Shown here: in pieces, positions 17,488-26,054 of the stretch
Layout: each line of letters starts with the position of its first letter
How positions within the stretch are numbered: position 1 is the first letter of the stretch
Source of the DNA: a virus
DNA length: 40,871 nt
Virus genome (UHGV): UHGV-1368307
Reading direction: 5' to 3' (one strand)
Translations under genes and position numbers: made by a program
Notes under the pieces: generated by a model
The model's database searches: none
What the model was told of the DNA's origin: nothing
The model's input: the letters and a program-made list of their open reading frames with translations, nothing else

Positions 17488-17685
17488 CTAGTCGTCGAGT
17501 TGCAACACACCATGCTCCAGCGAATCTGAGTACGCGATCAACCCTGTGTATTCAGGGATAATCTCGCCATCATCAGCTTCGAACTCCGGGATGGTGCCAG
17601 TGGTGATAGTGTATTGAGGTGCGCCGTCTTCTTTCGCGAAATTAGCCAGGTCTTCGATTTGCTTAGCTGTGAGAACTACAGTCAT
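17488..17685 (-). CDS. Small, strongly acidic 65-aa protein.
   Basis: GAGGAAA RBS. About 25 percent Asp/Glu. Directly follows the spanin genes. Confidence 0.5.
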   Translation of the reverse strand: MTVVLTAKQIEDLANFAKEDGAPQYTITTGTIPEFEADDGEIIPEYTGLIAYSDSLEHGVLQLDD

Positions 17686-17713
17686 GCTCTTTCCTCAGTA
17701 ATTAAAGGCCCCG

Positions 17714-17944
17714 CTATTGCGAGGCTCTGGTTTCTTTCTGGCAGTTCGCCTGCCACGCTTTGTTATGCGCCAGAATGTCTTTCTTCGTTTGGCGGTCCAG
17801 AACATCCCAGTCATGAGCGGTGCCGTAAATGGGTCTAACCCAATCGCAAGCCGTGTCCACTACCTCAACCCTTACGGGTCCAGTTTGTGCGCAGCTCACG
17901 ATCAACATCATCGCCAGGCATATGGTTAACGGTCTGCTGTACAT
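17714..17944 (-). CDS. o-spanin (Rz1-like outer-membrane lipoprotein), overlapped arrangement.
   Basis: Signal peptide ending in the lipobox IVSC. Starts inside the Rz frame in +1 and extends 151 nt beyond its end. Confidence 0.5.
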   Translation of the reverse strand: MYSRPLTICLAMMLIVSCAQTGPVRVEVVDTACDWVRPIYGTAHDWDVLDRQTKKDILAHNKAWQANCQKETRASQ

Positions 17945-18134
17945 TGCTGGCCTCTTTCGTTGTCTCTACCCGGCGTTCTGCTGCTGCGACCGTTGCAGCT
18001 GCGTTATCTTCGGTGCGCTGCTGAACTGCTTTTGCTTCTGCTTTGCTTGAGCCGCGAATATGGCCCAGGCCGAAAGCGCCAGCGATGGTCGCAATGACTG
18101 CTGCAGCAATACAAATTAAAGTTTCAAACCCCAT
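17865..18134 (-). CDS. i-spanin (Rz-like). Real start ATG at 18134; the track ORF is N-extended to 18302.
   Basis: N-terminal TM helix LICIAAAVIATIAGAF followed by a charged coiled coil. GAGGT RBS. Confidence 0.6.
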   Translation of the reverse strand: MGFETLICIAAAVIATIAGAFGLGHIRGSSKAEAKAVQQRTEDNAAATVAAAERRVETTKEASNVQQTVNHMPGDDVDRELRTNWTRKG

Positions 18135-18141
18135 AGTGACC

Positions 18142-18771
18142 TCACACCAGCACAGATTTTGCCAGGTTAAACAGTGCGCGGCGTTTATCCAGCCCGTTAC
18201 GTCCGCCATTGATAAGCAGCGTGACGCGCTCCACGTCGCCGGAATGGAGCAGGCATCCGTGCGAGACATAGAACCATGCAGCGGAGCGCGCAGCATATTC
18301 ATCCTGTTCCAGCAATTCAGGCTGGGTTACAAGGTCCAACTTCAGCGCGTGGCCACAGTTGCGGTAATTGCTAAGCCCGGTGATTTGCTTCAGGCCGCGA
18401 CCGCGATATTTCCATCCATCACCAGCAACCTGGTTGCCCAGGTTCTTTTTGCCCCACTCACCGCCATAAACCAGATTGGCTATCGCTTTCTGATTTGCCG
18501 GTTGCGTTGCCGTTCTGCCGAGTGCGGCGGCCTGCTGTGCAGTAATGCGATGCTTGCCGAACGTAGGTACCAGGTTTTCTGCCGCATAGTTCAGGTTTTC
18601 CACCAGCCGGGTGAAACCGCCGGACTCATGGCCCATCTGCGCGATAAACATGGCCTGATCGAGCGGCGCGGTTATGCCGAATTCCTTCATTGCAGCATCG
18701 ATATAGCGAAACCAGCGCACGGCTAGACCGGCGCTTATACCTGCCGCCTTTTCAAATTGTGTTTGGTTCAT
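18142..18771 (-). CDS. Endolysin, glycoside hydrolase family 19 (chitinase-like).
   Basis: FIAQMGHESGGFTRLVENLNY and GRGLKQITGLSNY are GH19 catalytic-region motifs. Confidence 0.8.
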   Translation of the reverse strand: MNQTQFEKAAGISAGLAVRWFRYIDAAMKEFGITAPLDQAMFIAQMGHESGGFTRLVENLNYAAENLVPTFGKHRITAQQAAALGRTATQPANQKAIANLVYGGEWGKKNLGNQVAGDGWKYRGRGLKQITGLSNYRNCGHALKLDLVTQPELLEQDEYAARSAAWFYVSHGCLLHSGDVERVTLLINGGRNGLDKRRALFNLAKSVLV

Positions 18772-19049
18772 TAGTGCCTCAGATGATCTACCAGACGTGC
18801 CAGATTTCCCCGGGCCCTCATAACGGCGGCGCAGATAAGGAGGTTTGCCACCACCACCAGCCAGCTGGAGTCACGATAGAGACCGAAGATAAACTGCAAC
18901 GGGATAACGGCATAAACCAGTACGGTTACATACGCCATGATAGAGATGAAAGGACGATGCCGGGCGCCATGTCGCTGGTAGAACATCAGAACGATAACAA
19001 TTACCGCGCAGATAAATGCATTAAAGAATGCAGTCAGCTCACCTGCCAT
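18771..19049 (-). CDS. Small membrane protein with three TM segments, in the holin/antiholin position.
   Basis: 92 aa with three hydrophobic helices. Overlaps the upstream holin-like gene end and the endolysin start. Confidence 0.5.
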   Translation of the reverse strand: MAGELTAFFNAFICAVIVIVLMFYQRHGARHRPFISIMAYVTVLVYAVIPLQFIFGLYRDSSWLVVVANLLICAAVMRARGNLARLVDHLRH

Positions 19050-19428
19050 TTCCCCCTCCTCCGCGTAAACGCGAGAAAAAGCTGAACAGGCTGTTCAGAT
19101 CCTGGTTATTAAGATAAGTTAGGATTTTGATACACAGGGCAGACAGAATCACTGCTCCTAGTGCATCCAACGGTTTTTCATATCGCGATGCGGCATTTAG
19201 CAGTGAGCCAACAAATCCAGCCCCAAGCACCCCAACGATAAACGACGTCAGAAAATACCCAGCCAGTCGTGCACGAGACAGGTTCGTTGCTGTTGCGACG
19301 TAGAACACCGCACCACCAAACGCCCCAAACACCACACCGAAATCTGTATGAGTAAAGACGCCGTACAGGACTGAACCCAGCAGGCCGCCGCCGAGAACTG
19401 CGCCGGTGCCGGTTAATGGATCGGACAT
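19039..19428 (-). CDS. Putative holin of 129 aa, Gly-rich with several TM segments. Real start ATG at 19428.
   Basis: GAGGGGG RBS. First gene after the tR' terminator. Confidence 0.55.
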   Translation of the reverse strand: MSDPLTGTGAVLGGGLLGSVLYGVFTHTDFGVVFGAFGGAVFYVATATNLSRARLAGYFLTSFIVGVLGAGFVGSLLNAASRYEKPLDALGAVILSALCIKILTYLNNQDLNSLFSFFSRLRGGGGNGR

Positions 19429-19472
19429 TAAGCCCCCTCTTATTGCTGTTGATCCTCTCAGAAGGTTGAGGG

Positions 19473-19501
19473 GAAACAAAAAAGGCCACCCGAAGGTAGC
19501 C
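19473..19501 (-). terminator. Candidate late terminator tR', the Q antitermination target, upstream of the lysis genes.
   Basis: ggcuacc-UUCG-ggtggcc hairpin (7 bp, one G-U) followed by TTTTTTGTTT on the minus strand. Confidence 0.6.
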
Positions 19502-19782
19502 TGTAGTAATGATTGTGAAGGCTGGAGTCGAACCAGCTTCCATCGGTGCGCTGCCGATTGGGTTACGCGCGCCTTGTGGCTACTTATCCAGAATATTCAC
19601 CGCAAAACTATTCCCTAGCTCGCCGCTGAGTTTCATCACAATGGGGATCGCTTTGCCGCGCCAGGGAAGTGTGCCTGGTCTCACCGGGATGTCGTCACAT
19701 ACTCAAAGCGATTTCCGTTGTGTAGAAACTAAATAGCCCCACTAATACAGGCAGGGCTTAATTTATTTTATTCGTGTAGGCG
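19502..19782 (-). promoter_or_regulatory. Late regulatory interval expected to hold pR', qut and a short 6S-like leader.
   Basis: Non-coding, between the HNH gene and tR'. No unambiguous -10/-35 could be fixed by eye. Confidence 0.3.
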
Positions 19783-20268
19783 TTAACGACACATTTCAGC
19801 TTTAGCTTTCATGTAAGCCTCGTGAGCCAACTCCGCAGTTTGGAAACTACCGAGCTCTTTACGTTGCCCGTTGATGCGAATAGCGGAACGCCATACGCCG
19901 CGAGCTTTGCACCAGTTTGCTCCAATCAACTTGGACTTCGCCCCTTTTCGAACTTTGTGTCTGTTCTGTTGATTAACAAACTGGGTAACGATACGTAAGT
20001 TGTCCCATCGGTTATCTTTGGGATTGCCATTGATATGATCGACACACTTATCAGCCGGCGGCAGCGCACCGTCCATATACAAAAAAGCCAACCGATGAGC
20101 GAAAATTAATTTCTTATCGATCATTATCTGGATATAGCCGTACGTATCTGCGTTCCCGGCTATTTTGCCAGGCGTAGACCGTGAGTTTGTTCGCTTGATC
20201 CAAACAAATAAACCAGTCAAAGGGTCGTACTTCAGAACCTCTTTCAGCCTTTCTTGCGTGATGCTCAT
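19783..20268 (-). CDS. HNH_3 homing-type endonuclease with an AP2 domain, inserted between Q and the late promoter region.
   Basis: CVDHINGNPKDNRWDNLRIVTQFVNQQN HNH_3 core. GVWRSAIRINGQRKELGSFQTAELAHEAY AP2 domain. Confidence 0.75.
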   Translation of the reverse strand: MSITQERLKEVLKYDPLTGLFVWIKRTNSRSTPGKIAGNADTYGYIQIMIDKKLIFAHRLAFLYMDGALPPADKCVDHINGNPKDNRWDNLRIVTQFVNQQNRHKVRKGAKSKLIGANWCKARGVWRSAIRINGQRKELGSFQTAELAHEAYMKAKAEMCR

Positions 20269-20423
20269 GGTATGCGTATGCCTTGCTTTGAAATGAACCC
20301 TTGCCGCACAGGAAATCAGCCCGTCGAGGCTCGCCAGCGCTAACCGACTTCCTCAAGGGCTCATTTCAAATGGATTGGTTCGACGTGATGAATGCGCGGG
20401 CGGTGCGCGGGAAATTCGGGTAC

Positions 20424-20453
20424 AAAAAAACCCGCAACGTGGCGGGCTTTTTC
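20424..20453. terminator. Bidirectional intrinsic terminator downstream of Q.
   Basis: A7-cccgc-aacgtg-gcggg-T5. Confidence 0.5.
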
Positions 20454-20563
20454 GAGGTTAATTATCTACAGGCGTTATACTCCATAATCAGAAGCATACA
20501 GGACAGTTTTATGCAAAGTCAACACTAACGTGCAAAAAAGTGTCGCCATTTGTTCCGATCATA

Positions 20564-21346
20564 TTAATAAGTTGTTGCCTTCTCAAATTCTACTGCCGCG
20601 TGACGCTCCCACTGGCGCAGCGTGTCCACCAGCATTTCATAAAAGGGTTTCCAGTTGCGTGACCATGAGGACTGATGGAGGTCCGGGAGACGCTTCAGAA
20701 TGGCACGGTGTACCGTCGCCGAGGAGATAGCAGAGAAGCCATTACCAGAGCAACGTTCACACGTTTTGAAAACCGGTGCGCCACGTTCTTTGGTCGCTTT
20801 GCGATCCAGCACTTCACCTTTACCGCCGCATCTGCACCGCGCAAGGATTACCTTTTTCCCTCCGCAGGTTTCGCAAACCCTTTTCACCAGCTCATTTTTA
20901 ATCTTCGGGGCCACCACTTCGGCACCGTCATCGTCGAAGATACCAGGATGTTTAACCACATCCTCATTCCCGGAGATAAAACCGGTACCGCTGCAACTGT
21001 GACATGTCACGCTGGTAGCCGCCGAACGGGAGTAATCAGCAAAGGCAAACTGCGCCAGCGTCAACATGCATGCTCCGAGCTTGTCGCCAGCGGCTTTGCG
21101 GACATTTTTAGGAGCGTTTTTGATAGCAACCTGCGCCAGCGCCTGAACTGCGAGCTGTTCATCTGTTTTGCTGATGCCGGACTTGCCGAAGAAAGCAGCC
21201 AGGCCGAAGCGTGCACGGCTGCTGGTGGTACCAATCGCCGCCATTACATCTGTTCCTGTAAGGCGGTCCGGAGAAGTTCCCTTCACGTCATCGCTGATAT
21301 GCATTCCCTGAGGACTAAAATGTTTGAGCGATGCTTCCAGTTTCAT
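20564..21346 (-). CDS. Q: Late antiterminator Q (phage 82/21-type, zinc-binding).
   Basis: 260 aa with CETCGGKK...CRCGGKG...CERCSGNG Cys clusters. Lies between the replication genes and the late region. GAGGGAAA RBS. Confidence 0.65.
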   Translation of the reverse strand: MKLEASLKHFSPQGMHISDDVKGTSPDRLTGTDVMAAIGTTSSRARFGLAAFFGKSGISKTDEQLAVQALAQVAIKNAPKNVRKAAGDKLGACMLTLAQFAFADYSRSAATSVTCHSCSGTGFISGNEDVVKHPGIFDDDGAEVVAPKIKNELVKRVCETCGGKKVILARCRCGGKGEVLDRKATKERGAPVFKTCERCSGNGFSAISSATVHRAILKRLPDLHQSSWSRNWKPFYEMLVDTLRQWERHAAVEFEKATTY

Positions 21347-21373
21347 AAGGTTTCCCTCGTTGCTTTGATGTTT

Positions 21374-22753
21374 TTAATAGTCTGCATTGCTGGAATGCCT
21401 TTCTTTTGAGTAACGTCTGGTCTGAGCTTTCTGCTGTGGCGCCGAACGCTGCTTTGCTAACTCCTGGTCAATTGGCAGGAAGTGCCCGTTATAGAATCGA
21501 CGGTAGATCGTACCCAATTCACCGTTGCGCTGTTTGGTCACGTTAATTTCCGCGATCCCCTTCGCTGGCGACTCAGGGTTATAAACTTCATCTCGGTATA
21601 GCATCATGATCAGATCAGCATCAGCCTCAATCTCACCAGAGTTTTTGAGGTCTGAGTTCATCGGTCGTTTGTTGGGTCTCGACTCAACGCCACGAGAAAG
21701 CTGGCTCAGGGCAAGGACCGGAGTTTTATTGGATTTAGCCAGACGCTTGAGTCCTTTTGACACCTCACCGACGGCAAGGTCATATCGTGCAGTGCTTTCA
21801 ATTTTGATGAGTGCCAGGTAATCCACGACCACCAGCGCTATTTCCGGATGCGCCAGCTGTAGGCGGGTAGCTATCTGTTGAATCTGATCTACTGTCAGAT
21901 CGGTGGAATCAACCATCCAGATGCTACGACCAGTCAGGCGCTCTACACCGTTTGTAAGTCTGGCCCAGTCCTCATCTTCAAAATCAGCAGCCTTTTTCAG
22001 GCGCGAAACTGACATGCCGCCGGCAGCAGATACCATTCGCTCTCCGATCTGGATATTTGGCATTTCCATGCTGAAGAACAGCACACCACGGCCCTGCTCA
22101 GAAACTTTGTCGATGATATCCAGCGCCAATTCAGTTTTACCCATCGACGGCCGCGCAGCGATAAACACCAAGTCTGTTGGTTCAATGCCGCCAGTCTTTG
22201 CGTCCAGCTCTTCGATACCTGTCATGAGGCTTCTGGCTTCTTCAAGCCCACGGTTGCGCGCATCTACCCGATCCACCACAGCAGGAAGAATGTCGTCGAT
22301 ATGAACTGGCTGAACGGTCTTTTCTTCGAGAGTAATTGCTGCAATGCTGTTCTGTGCGGCCCTGAATGCCGATAAAGCCGCATCACTATTGTGAGCATTC
22401 CGGAGATCGACCAGCGCCCTTTCAATGACAGCTTCGGCATCGCGAACAGCTGCATTACGCTCCAGCGTGGCAACGTAGGACACAAGCGCCGACTTGGCCC
22501 ATGCGATACGGCTCGAGTCCATAATGATTGCGCTGTGCTTTGGCATGTTTTCGCAGAGCAGTACAGGGTCAATAACGCCAGCTCCACGCGCCTGACGGCA
22601 GATCCCAGTATATATTTCCCGATACTGCGGTACCGAGAAAGCTGTGGCTGGCACCCTGGAAAGAATATCCAGTACCTCAGGGTCGGCTCCACGCAGAAAA
22701 ATTGCGCCGATCACCGCACCTTCCAGATCTTCATTTTTCCAGACAGGAGTCAT
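21374..22753 (-). CDS. Replicative DNA helicase, DnaB family.
   Basis: 459 aa. Walker A ARPSMGKT, Walker B VVVDYLAL, DnaB-like N-terminal domain. Confidence 0.9.
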   Translation of the reverse strand: MTPVWKNEDLEGAVIGAIFLRGADPEVLDILSRVPATAFSVPQYREIYTGICRQARGAGVIDPVLLCENMPKHSAIIMDSSRIAWAKSALVSYVATLERNAAVRDAEAVIERALVDLRNAHNSDAALSAFRAAQNSIAAITLEEKTVQPVHIDDILPAVVDRVDARNRGLEEARSLMTGIEELDAKTGGIEPTDLVFIAARPSMGKTELALDIIDKVSEQGRGVLFFSMEMPNIQIGERMVSAAGGMSVSRLKKAADFEDEDWARLTNGVERLTGRSIWMVDSTDLTVDQIQQIATRLQLAHPEIALVVVDYLALIKIESTARYDLAVGEVSKGLKRLAKSNKTPVLALSQLSRGVESRPNKRPMNSDLKNSGEIEADADLIMMLYRDEVYNPESPAKGIAEINVTKQRNGELGTIYRRFYNGHFLPIDQELAKQRSAPQQKAQTRRYSKERHSSNADY

Positions 22754-23631
22754 GCTACAACTCCTGACGCGATGGCACGGAAACTTCCCCAGCCAAATGC
22801 CAGACGGTTGCGGCCACCATCGGTAACCCGATCCACAATTCTCTCGCCAATCGTTTCTTTCAACTGGTCGAATGTAAGATTGCTGATCAGGATTGTTGGC
22901 AAAATGCTTTCGTACCTGGCATTGATAATTTCCTGAAGGATGGTCATTTCAGTCGGACTGCCGAACTGAACGCCCACCTCGTCGATAATTAGCAGATCCA
23001 ATGAAGCGAAACGTTCAATTACATCTTCCTCGGTCATTTCAGCATTGTGGCGCCACGTGCTTTTCACTGCTCGGGTGAGGCGCATAACGTCGGTGATTTC
23101 CACTTTAGCGAGATGTCCACGGATGATGCTTTTCGCCATAGACACTGCCAGGTGGTTTTTGCCGGTTCCACAATTTCCTGTCATAACGAGCCCAGTTCCA
23201 GCTTTAAGGCGTTCAGGCCAGCTGGTGGCATAACGCTGACAAGCCGCGAGATTTTTGGCGGCATCCGGGTTGACAGCCTGGTAGTTATCGAATTCACATG
23301 CTTCGAATCGTCTTGCGATCCCGGCATTGTCCATCAGGTCGACTACTCGTAATGCACGCAGACTGGATTCAATGTCAGCAAGTTCCGCTTTCACACACTC
23401 CGGGCACTGGGAGTATTTAACGTTTTCAACTCCACGATATGCTTTTCCAGTGAGGGAAATGCGCTGATAGTTGCCATGTTTTTCACAGTCGGCGGCGTGG
23501 ACGTCGCCTGACTCCCAGCTCCCCCACTGCCACGGTTTTTTATGTTCAACAGCAAACGCCAGTTCTTCACGAAGCCCTTCGCGCTTTGCCACCAGAGCTT
23601 CCCTTTCTTCGCGTTGTTTAATACTCAGCAT
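22750..23631 (-). CDS. DnaC/IstB-like helicase loader ATPase with an N-terminal Cys/His zinc-ribbon-like extension.
   Basis: GNCGTGKNHLAVSMA Walker A (N replaces the usual T/S). LLIIDEVG Walker B. ATGA overlap with the DnaB gene. Confidence 0.7.
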   Translation of the reverse strand: MLSIKQREEREALVAKREGLREELAFAVEHKKPWQWGSWESGDVHAADCEKHGNYQRISLTGKAYRGVENVKYSQCPECVKAELADIESSLRALRVVDLMDNAGIARRFEACEFDNYQAVNPDAAKNLAACQRYATSWPERLKAGTGLVMTGNCGTGKNHLAVSMAKSIIRGHLAKVEITDVMRLTRAVKSTWRHNAEMTEEDVIERFASLDLLIIDEVGVQFGSPTEMTILQEIINARYESILPTILISNLTFDQLKETIGERIVDRVTDGGRNRLAFGWGSFRAIASGVVA

Positions 23632-23646
23632 TGTGATTTCTCCTGC

Positions 23647-24558
23647 TTACCAGTTGCAGTCTGATTGGCCATAGTCTTGTTCACTAAACCCCGAAACCGG
23701 CAGCCCACCAGGTCTACCGCTTACCGCACCAGATGGCGCCTGCCATGGCTCTTCGAAATGCCGATCGGGTCCAAAGAACGTCGCCGCCTGTTTCACGTAC
23801 TGCGTTCCGGCGCTACCTGTAGCACGGACATAACCTGCATAACGGTTTACACCAGCCAGCATTGCCTCAGTGTTAACACCGTCTTTGATTCGAGCTTTCC
23901 AGGCTTTCCAGGCGGCAGCTTTAGAATTACCGCCAGCACGTTTAGGGTATGCCTGCCATGCCTTCTCGAACTCGTTGGAATAGTTCTCTTTGGAAGAGCG
24001 ATTTTCAGAATGGACTTTCCCACATGCGCCAATATCTTGTGATTCTTGTTTTGAATTTACTTGTGGATCATGTTTTGAATTTACTTGTGGATCTGGGGTC
24101 AGATTCTGACGGGTGAAAACGCCATTTTTGTCAGAATCTGACGGGTGAAAACCGTTTGAACATCCAGAATCTGACGGTTCATATTTTGAAGGGTCAGAAT
24201 CTGACGGGTGAAAACTGTTAGCCCTGCGTTGCTGTTTCAGCGCAGCTACCTTGTCCTTCTCAATGCGTGCCAAAGCCTCCAGGCGATCAGCATTCAAATG
24301 ATAAAGATTGGACGTGTTGCGATTACCTTTACGGCGTGATTCACGACGCAGCCAACCGGCAGACTCGAGTTCAGCAATGGCGGTCCTGACCGTGCTTTCC
24401 CCGAGCCCCAGCTGGCGGCAAATAGTTTCAACACTCGGATAGCAGACACCATCATCATTCGAGTAGTCAGCCAGACGAGCCATAATCACCAGCTTTGCAC
24501 CCTTAATGTCATGCGCGGCGCACGCGTCCCAGACGTTACCGAGAATTTTGCTACTCAT
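23647..24558 (-). CDS. Replication initiator (lambda O-like): N-terminal winged-helix domain, repeat-containing linker and a C-terminal domain.
   Basis: The N-terminus carries ESTVRTAIAELESAGWL. The linker encodes SFHPSDSD / EPSDSG / FHPSDSD repeats from DNA iterons inside the gene. AGGAG RBS. Confidence 0.7.
   Translation of the reverse strand: MSSKILGNVWDACAAHDIKGAKLVIMARLADYSNDDGVCYPSVETICRQLGLGESTVRTAIAELESAGWLRRESRRKGNRNTSNLYHLNADRLEALARIEKDKVAALKQQRRANSFHPSDSDPSKYEPSDSGCSNGFHPSDSDKNGVFTRQNLTPDPQVNSKHDPQVNSKQESQDIGACGKVHSENRSSKENYSNEFEKAWQAYPKRAGGNSKAAAWKAWKARIKDGVNTEAMLAGVNRYAGYVRATGSAGTQYVKQAATFFGPDRHFEEPWQAPSGAVSGRPGGLPVSGFSEQDYGQSDCNW
24047..24215. repeat. Origin iterons inside the O-like gene. 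Two tandem 23-bp repeats tgttttgaatttacttgtggatc, plus four about 22-bp repeats (g/t)cagaatctgacgggtgaaaac at a spacing of about 30 bp.
   Basis: Direct repeats read from the sequence: A1 24047..24069, A2 24071..24093, B1 24099..24120, B2 24131..24152, B3 degenerate 24166..24178, B4 24194..24215. The B core cagaatctg is itself near-palindromic. Confidence 0.7.
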
Positions 24559-24851
24559 ACAAACTCCTGAACTGGCGTGATTGTGTAGCCGCGAGCTGGC
24601 TCAAGACGAACTGCAAGCCCGGTATCGAGAGCACCAATTTTTCTCACTTTCAGGAAACCTGCTCGTTCAAGGGCCTTGATCTCCTTAAACATTGCCTGCT
24701 TTGAGCAGCAACAGAATTCGTACAGTACCTGATGATCGATTACTCGCTCCCCTTCTCCATCCATAGATCCGCCCATCAAAATGCGAAGCATGACCAACCG
24801 CTGAAGTGGGTTATCGAATGAATATTTACGTACGAAGTCAGAGTGATTCAT
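24555..24851 (-). CDS. Hypothetical 98-aa protein with a winged-helix-like C-terminus (CII position). Real start ATG at 24851.
   Basis: AGGAGG RBS. Sits between the cro-like gene and the O-like gene. Confidence 0.5.
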   Translation of the reverse strand: MNHSDFVRKYSFDNPLQRLVMLRILMGGSMDGEGERVIDHQVLYEFCCCSKQAMFKEIKALERAGFLKVRKIGALDTGLAVRLEPARGYTITPVQEFV

Positions 24852-24876
24852 GATTCCTCCTGCATGCCGTGACATG

Positions 24877-25104
24877 TCACACCTCAGAACCGCTCTTGAA
24901 AACCAACTGTTCTTTTGTAATAACTGGCTTATTCACGAATGACTTTGATGCGCTCTCGATCGCCAATGCCAGTCTGGGGGAAGCATTGCGATGACCATAA
25001 GCAATGAGATTCAGGTATCCCGGAGATGTGCCTGATTTTTTAGCAAGATCTGCCCACTGCTCTTTTGTTGAGCAGTTACGCCAAGCAAGTAATTGGTTGT
25101 TCAT
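24877..25104 (-). CDS. cro: Cro-like HTH regulator of 76 aa. Real start ATG at 25104.
   Basis: HTH segment STKEQWADLAKKSGTSPGYLNLIAYG. AGGAGA RBS. Divergent from cI across the operator region. Confidence 0.6.
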   Translation of the reverse strand: MNNQLLAWRNCSTKEQWADLAKKSGTSPGYLNLIAYGHRNASPRLALAIESASKSFVNKPVITKEQLVFKSGSEV

Positions 25105-25215
25105 TACGGTCTCCTGTTGCAATGAATCAACTTTAGCTTTTTGCTAAATTAAATGCAATAATCATTTAGCAGTTTGTGTATTTACCACATTGCTAAATAA
25201 TGAGATTATTTTGAC
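25105..25215. promoter_or_regulatory. Immunity operator/promoter region. OR palindrome TTTAGC-N5-GCTAAA at 25132..25148 and TTTAGCA/TGCTAAA half-sites at 25165..25171 and 25191..25197. pR on the minus strand (-35 TTGCAT 25158..25153, 17-bp spacer, -10 TAAAGT 25135..25130). Candidate pRM just upstream of the cI ATG.
   Basis: Palindromes and -35/-10 hexamers read from the sequence. The pR -10 overlaps an operator half-site. Confidence 0.6.
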
Positions 25216-25905
25216 ATGGACATAAAAAGCATACGCAAATCAAACCTTGAGCAGCTCATTGTTGAGTTCCTGAAGCGCGACAGACATACGACAAAAGCAG
25301 CTTTCGCAGAATTGTGCGGGATAAGCCCTGCCCAGTTGAGCCAGTTGCTTGGGGGCAATAGCCATCGAAACATAGGCGACAAAATGGCCAGAAAGATTGA
25401 ACAGGCCTTGGATCGTCCGTTTGGGTGGCTGGATAGTCCACACAATGCTCCTGACAGTATTAAAAGCGAGTTGGAGTATGTCGGATCAGTCCGTCCGGGA
25501 GCTGTACCAGTTGTAGGGGAAGCGATTCTTGGGATTGACGGAATGATCGATATGCTAGAGATCCACGCTGGATGGCTACAAATATACAGCGCGGATAGGG
25601 ATGCCTATGGGCTGAAAGTGAAGGGAGACAGCATGTGGCCACGCATACAGTCTGGAGAATATGTCGTCATAGAGCCAAACACCCAAGTTCATACAGGTGA
25701 TGAGGTTTTTGTGCGAACAAAAGATGGGCATAACATGATAAAAATCATGAGTAAAACTCGCGATGGCGATTATCAATTCTCAAGTGTAAACAGTGATCAC
25801 AGGCCCATCACCTTAAGTCCTGATAGCATCGAGAAAATGCATTTTGTTTCAGCTATTGTTAAGCATACGCGTTATGTTGACAATGATGAAATGCCCGCCC
25901 TGTAA
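25216..25905 (+). CDS. cI: CI-type repressor: N-terminal HTH and a C-terminal LexA-like S24 autopeptidase domain.
   Basis: Nonspecific-binding HTH (AELCGISPAQLSQLL). C-terminal GDSMWPRIQSGEYVVIEP and a downstream Lys (Ser-Lys dyad). Confidence 0.9.
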   Translation: MDIKSIRKSNLEQLIVEFLKRDRHTTKAAFAELCGISPAQLSQLLGGNSHRNIGDKMARKIEQALDRPFGWLDSPHNAPDSIKSELEYVGSVRPGAVPVVGEAILGIDGMIDMLEIHAGWLQIYSADRDAYGLKVKGDSMWPRIQSGEYVVIEPNTQVHTGDEVFVRTKDGHNMIKIMSKTRDGDYQFSSVNSDHRPITLSPDSIEKMHFVSAIVKHTRYVDNDEMPAL

Positions 25906-25926
25906 ACCCCATCTTTATCCCCCTCC

Positions 25927-25952
25927 AACCGACCTGATGGTCGGTTTTTTTA
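25927..25952 (+). terminator. Rho-independent terminator after cI.
   Basis: aaccgacc-tgat-ggtcggtt hairpin followed by T7. Confidence 0.65.
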
Positions 25953-26010
25953 TGCCCACCGAAGAATAATATTAAAATAATTATATTATTTATCAAATAC
26001 ATAAAAGAAA

Positions 26011-26054
26011 AAGTAAATAATTTAGCATTTATCATTTGCATGGCTTTTACCATT
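26011..26054 (+). promoter_or_regulatory. OL/pL. -35 TTGCAT 26026..26031, 17-bp spacer, -10 TAAATT 26049..26054, flanked by TTTAGCA (26011..26017) and TGCTAAA (26046..26052) operator half-sites.
   Basis: Same hexamers and half-sites as pR/OR. Lies upstream of the plus-strand early-left genes. Confidence 0.55.

Noticed and set aside
18043-18726. 227-aa plus-strand ORF.
   Set aside because: Entirely antisense to the GH19 endolysin gene.
19513-19590. tRNA-like sequence (perfect T-arm GCTGG-TTCGACT-CCAGC plus a 5-bp anticodon-like stem) on the minus strand.
   Set aside because: There is no complementary acceptor stem and no D-arm. The anticodon loop is non-canonical (A at position 33, C at 37). 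It is treated as a fragment or coincidence inside the late leader, not a tRNA gene.
20675-21409. 244-aa plus-strand ORF.
   Set aside because: Antisense to the Q gene. It has no translation signals.
24047-24215. Regularly spaced direct repeats resembling a CRISPR array.
   Set aside because: Repeats are inside a coding sequence, are translated as peptide repeats, and have variable 29 to 34-bp spacing. No cas genes are present. They are interpreted as ori iterons.
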